Of a stretch of 64,000 bases of DNA, positions 63,364 through 64,000 are shown one piece after another. The notes under the pieces are model-generated. The model searched no databases. It saw only the letters and a program-made list of their open reading frames with translations, and was not told where the DNA came from. The DNA is taken from the IMG/VR virus record IMGVR_UViG_3300025626_002437; one strand, 5' to 3'. The first letter of the stretch is position 1; every line of letters begins with the position of its first letter. The DNA is from an uncultured virus (IMG/VR IMGVR_UViG_3300025626_002437) (taxonomy: Duplodnaviria; Heunggongvirae; Uroviricota; Caudoviricetes). The translations under genes and the position numbers were made by a program.

Positions 63364-64000
63364 TTATGACCTTTTTCTACTTTGCCAGTATGCGGCAATG
63401 CCTGCCAACCCAGCCGCGGATTTAGGTCCTAACCTTCCGCCTGTTATTCTTGGGCCAAATTCTGCACCAACGTATGCCGATGCACCTGCTACTGCTAAAC
63501 GTTTTAGTGTTGTTTGATCGGTTGCTTTGTCTAATTCTGTGTTAGTTGCATTAACTAATTTATAATTTCTTTCTTTAGCAAATTTATTTAATGTTTTATA
63601 CAGGTCACTTCTTACTGCTTTGGCTCGCATTATGTGTAACATTTTTGTGACTGCTAATTGCTTTTGCCTATATTTTAATCTGCTCCAATCAGATACCAAT
63701 CTTCTGACATTTTGTATGACCATGTCATTAATTTTAAGTTGTCTTTGCAATCTCAAGAAGTAAATTGAATTTGGAATTTGTCCTTTTGCTATGCTGGTCA
63801 TAAACTGATGCATCAGTTGTTCGTTAAATTTATAATCTTTTTTATACTTAGAATTAATTGTGTATGCAATCATGTAATGATCGTTAGCACCTAATCTACT
63901 TGCACGATATTTTCCGTGTCTTACATTTGCATTTGCATATTGTATTGCAAATGGTCTATATTTTTTATCTTGTGCAAACACATACACCAACATGGTTGTT
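63364..64000 (-). CDS. hypothetical protein, probably 5'-truncated by the window
   Basis: Frame stays open to the window edge. Confidence 0.6.
   Translation of the reverse strand, partial: TTMLVYVFAQDKKYRPFAIQYANANVRHGKYRASRLGANDHYMIAYTINSKYKKDYKFNEQLMHQFMTSIAKGQIPNSIYFLRLQRQLKINDMVIQNVRRLVSDWSRLKYRQKQLAVTKMLHIMRAKAVRSDLYKTLNKFAKERNYKLVNATNTELDKATDQTTLKRLAVAGASAYVGAEFGPRITGGRLGPKSAAGLAGIAAYWQSRKRS

Larger units (their letters stand above)
7807..63368. promoter_or_regulatory. dispersed family of T4-late-like promoters NATAAATA
   Basis: Boxes at 7807, 19881, 21323, 21865, 26846, 29210, 33438, 37953, 41039, 47515, 50939 and 63361 (all 5 nt before a start), plus 41029, 52412, ~16915, ~20919, ~41946, ~50147, ~62309, ~62711. 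Confidence 0.85.

Noticed and set aside
1..64000. CRISPR array or cas genes
   Set aside because: No regularly spaced repeat-spacer structure seen; the 47553-48269 nuclease is a common stand-alone phage PD-(D/E)XK exonuclease with no cas context
1..64000. Many short antisense ORFs in the track (e.g. 4862-5413, 5737-6150, 48589-49095, 57016-57612)
   Set aside because: They lie opposite well-supported genes, have Ser/Phe/Leu-rich shadow composition, and lack SD or promoter support
1..64000. Stop-codon reassignment as seen in some jumbo phages
   Set aside because: Conserved genes (nrdA, nrdB, clpX, uvsE) are full length in the standard code, and TAA, TAG and TGA all terminate genes

Overview
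AT-rich, gene-dense segment of a large tailed phage genome, most likely a T4-related or jumbo myovirus. A marine or aquatic proteobacterial host is inferred from the class Ia NrdAB, FdxA-type ferredoxin, DUF2061 and glutaredoxin. No cellular housekeeping operons, CRISPR arrays or transposases are seen. The window contains: (1) host-takeover and auxiliary genes (ClpX, ribosomal proteins bS21 and bL33, peptide deformylase, tRNA-Thr(UGU), bacterioferritin, ferredoxin, glutaredoxin, UvsE, QueD, NrdAB); (2) many glycan- or small-molecule-modifying enzymes (sulfotransferase, several GT-A enzymes, four paralogous 'TEK' GT-like proteins, cytidylyltransferases, methyltransferases, 2OG-Fe(II) oxygenases, radical SAM, GNAT, a GH6 glucanase); (3) virion genes (PAAR, Gly/Ser/Thr-rich proteins, S8 protease, head-associated modular proteins). 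Main observations from reading the DNA: (a) twelve genes have a T4-late-like NATAAATA box exactly 5 nt before the start codon, implying a leaderless late regulon; (b) several modular proteins have capsid-targeting-like N-termini, [LIV]xE junctions and shared LAG[LI] motifs and carry enzymes (eukaryote-like Cu/Zn SOD, ParB-like, HxGH nucleotidyltransferase, amidoligase, PD-(D/E)XK-like), suggesting capsid-packaged, protease-matured polyproteins; (c) an A10 slippery site links a membrane protein to a start-less -1 frame with VPGPERIV repeats; (d) a 2OG oxygenase gene is flanked by a duplicated gene end plus late promoter; (e) a chain of overlapping micro-ORFs lies upstream of the tRNA. All family assignments come from motif recognition by eye; no database searches were run.
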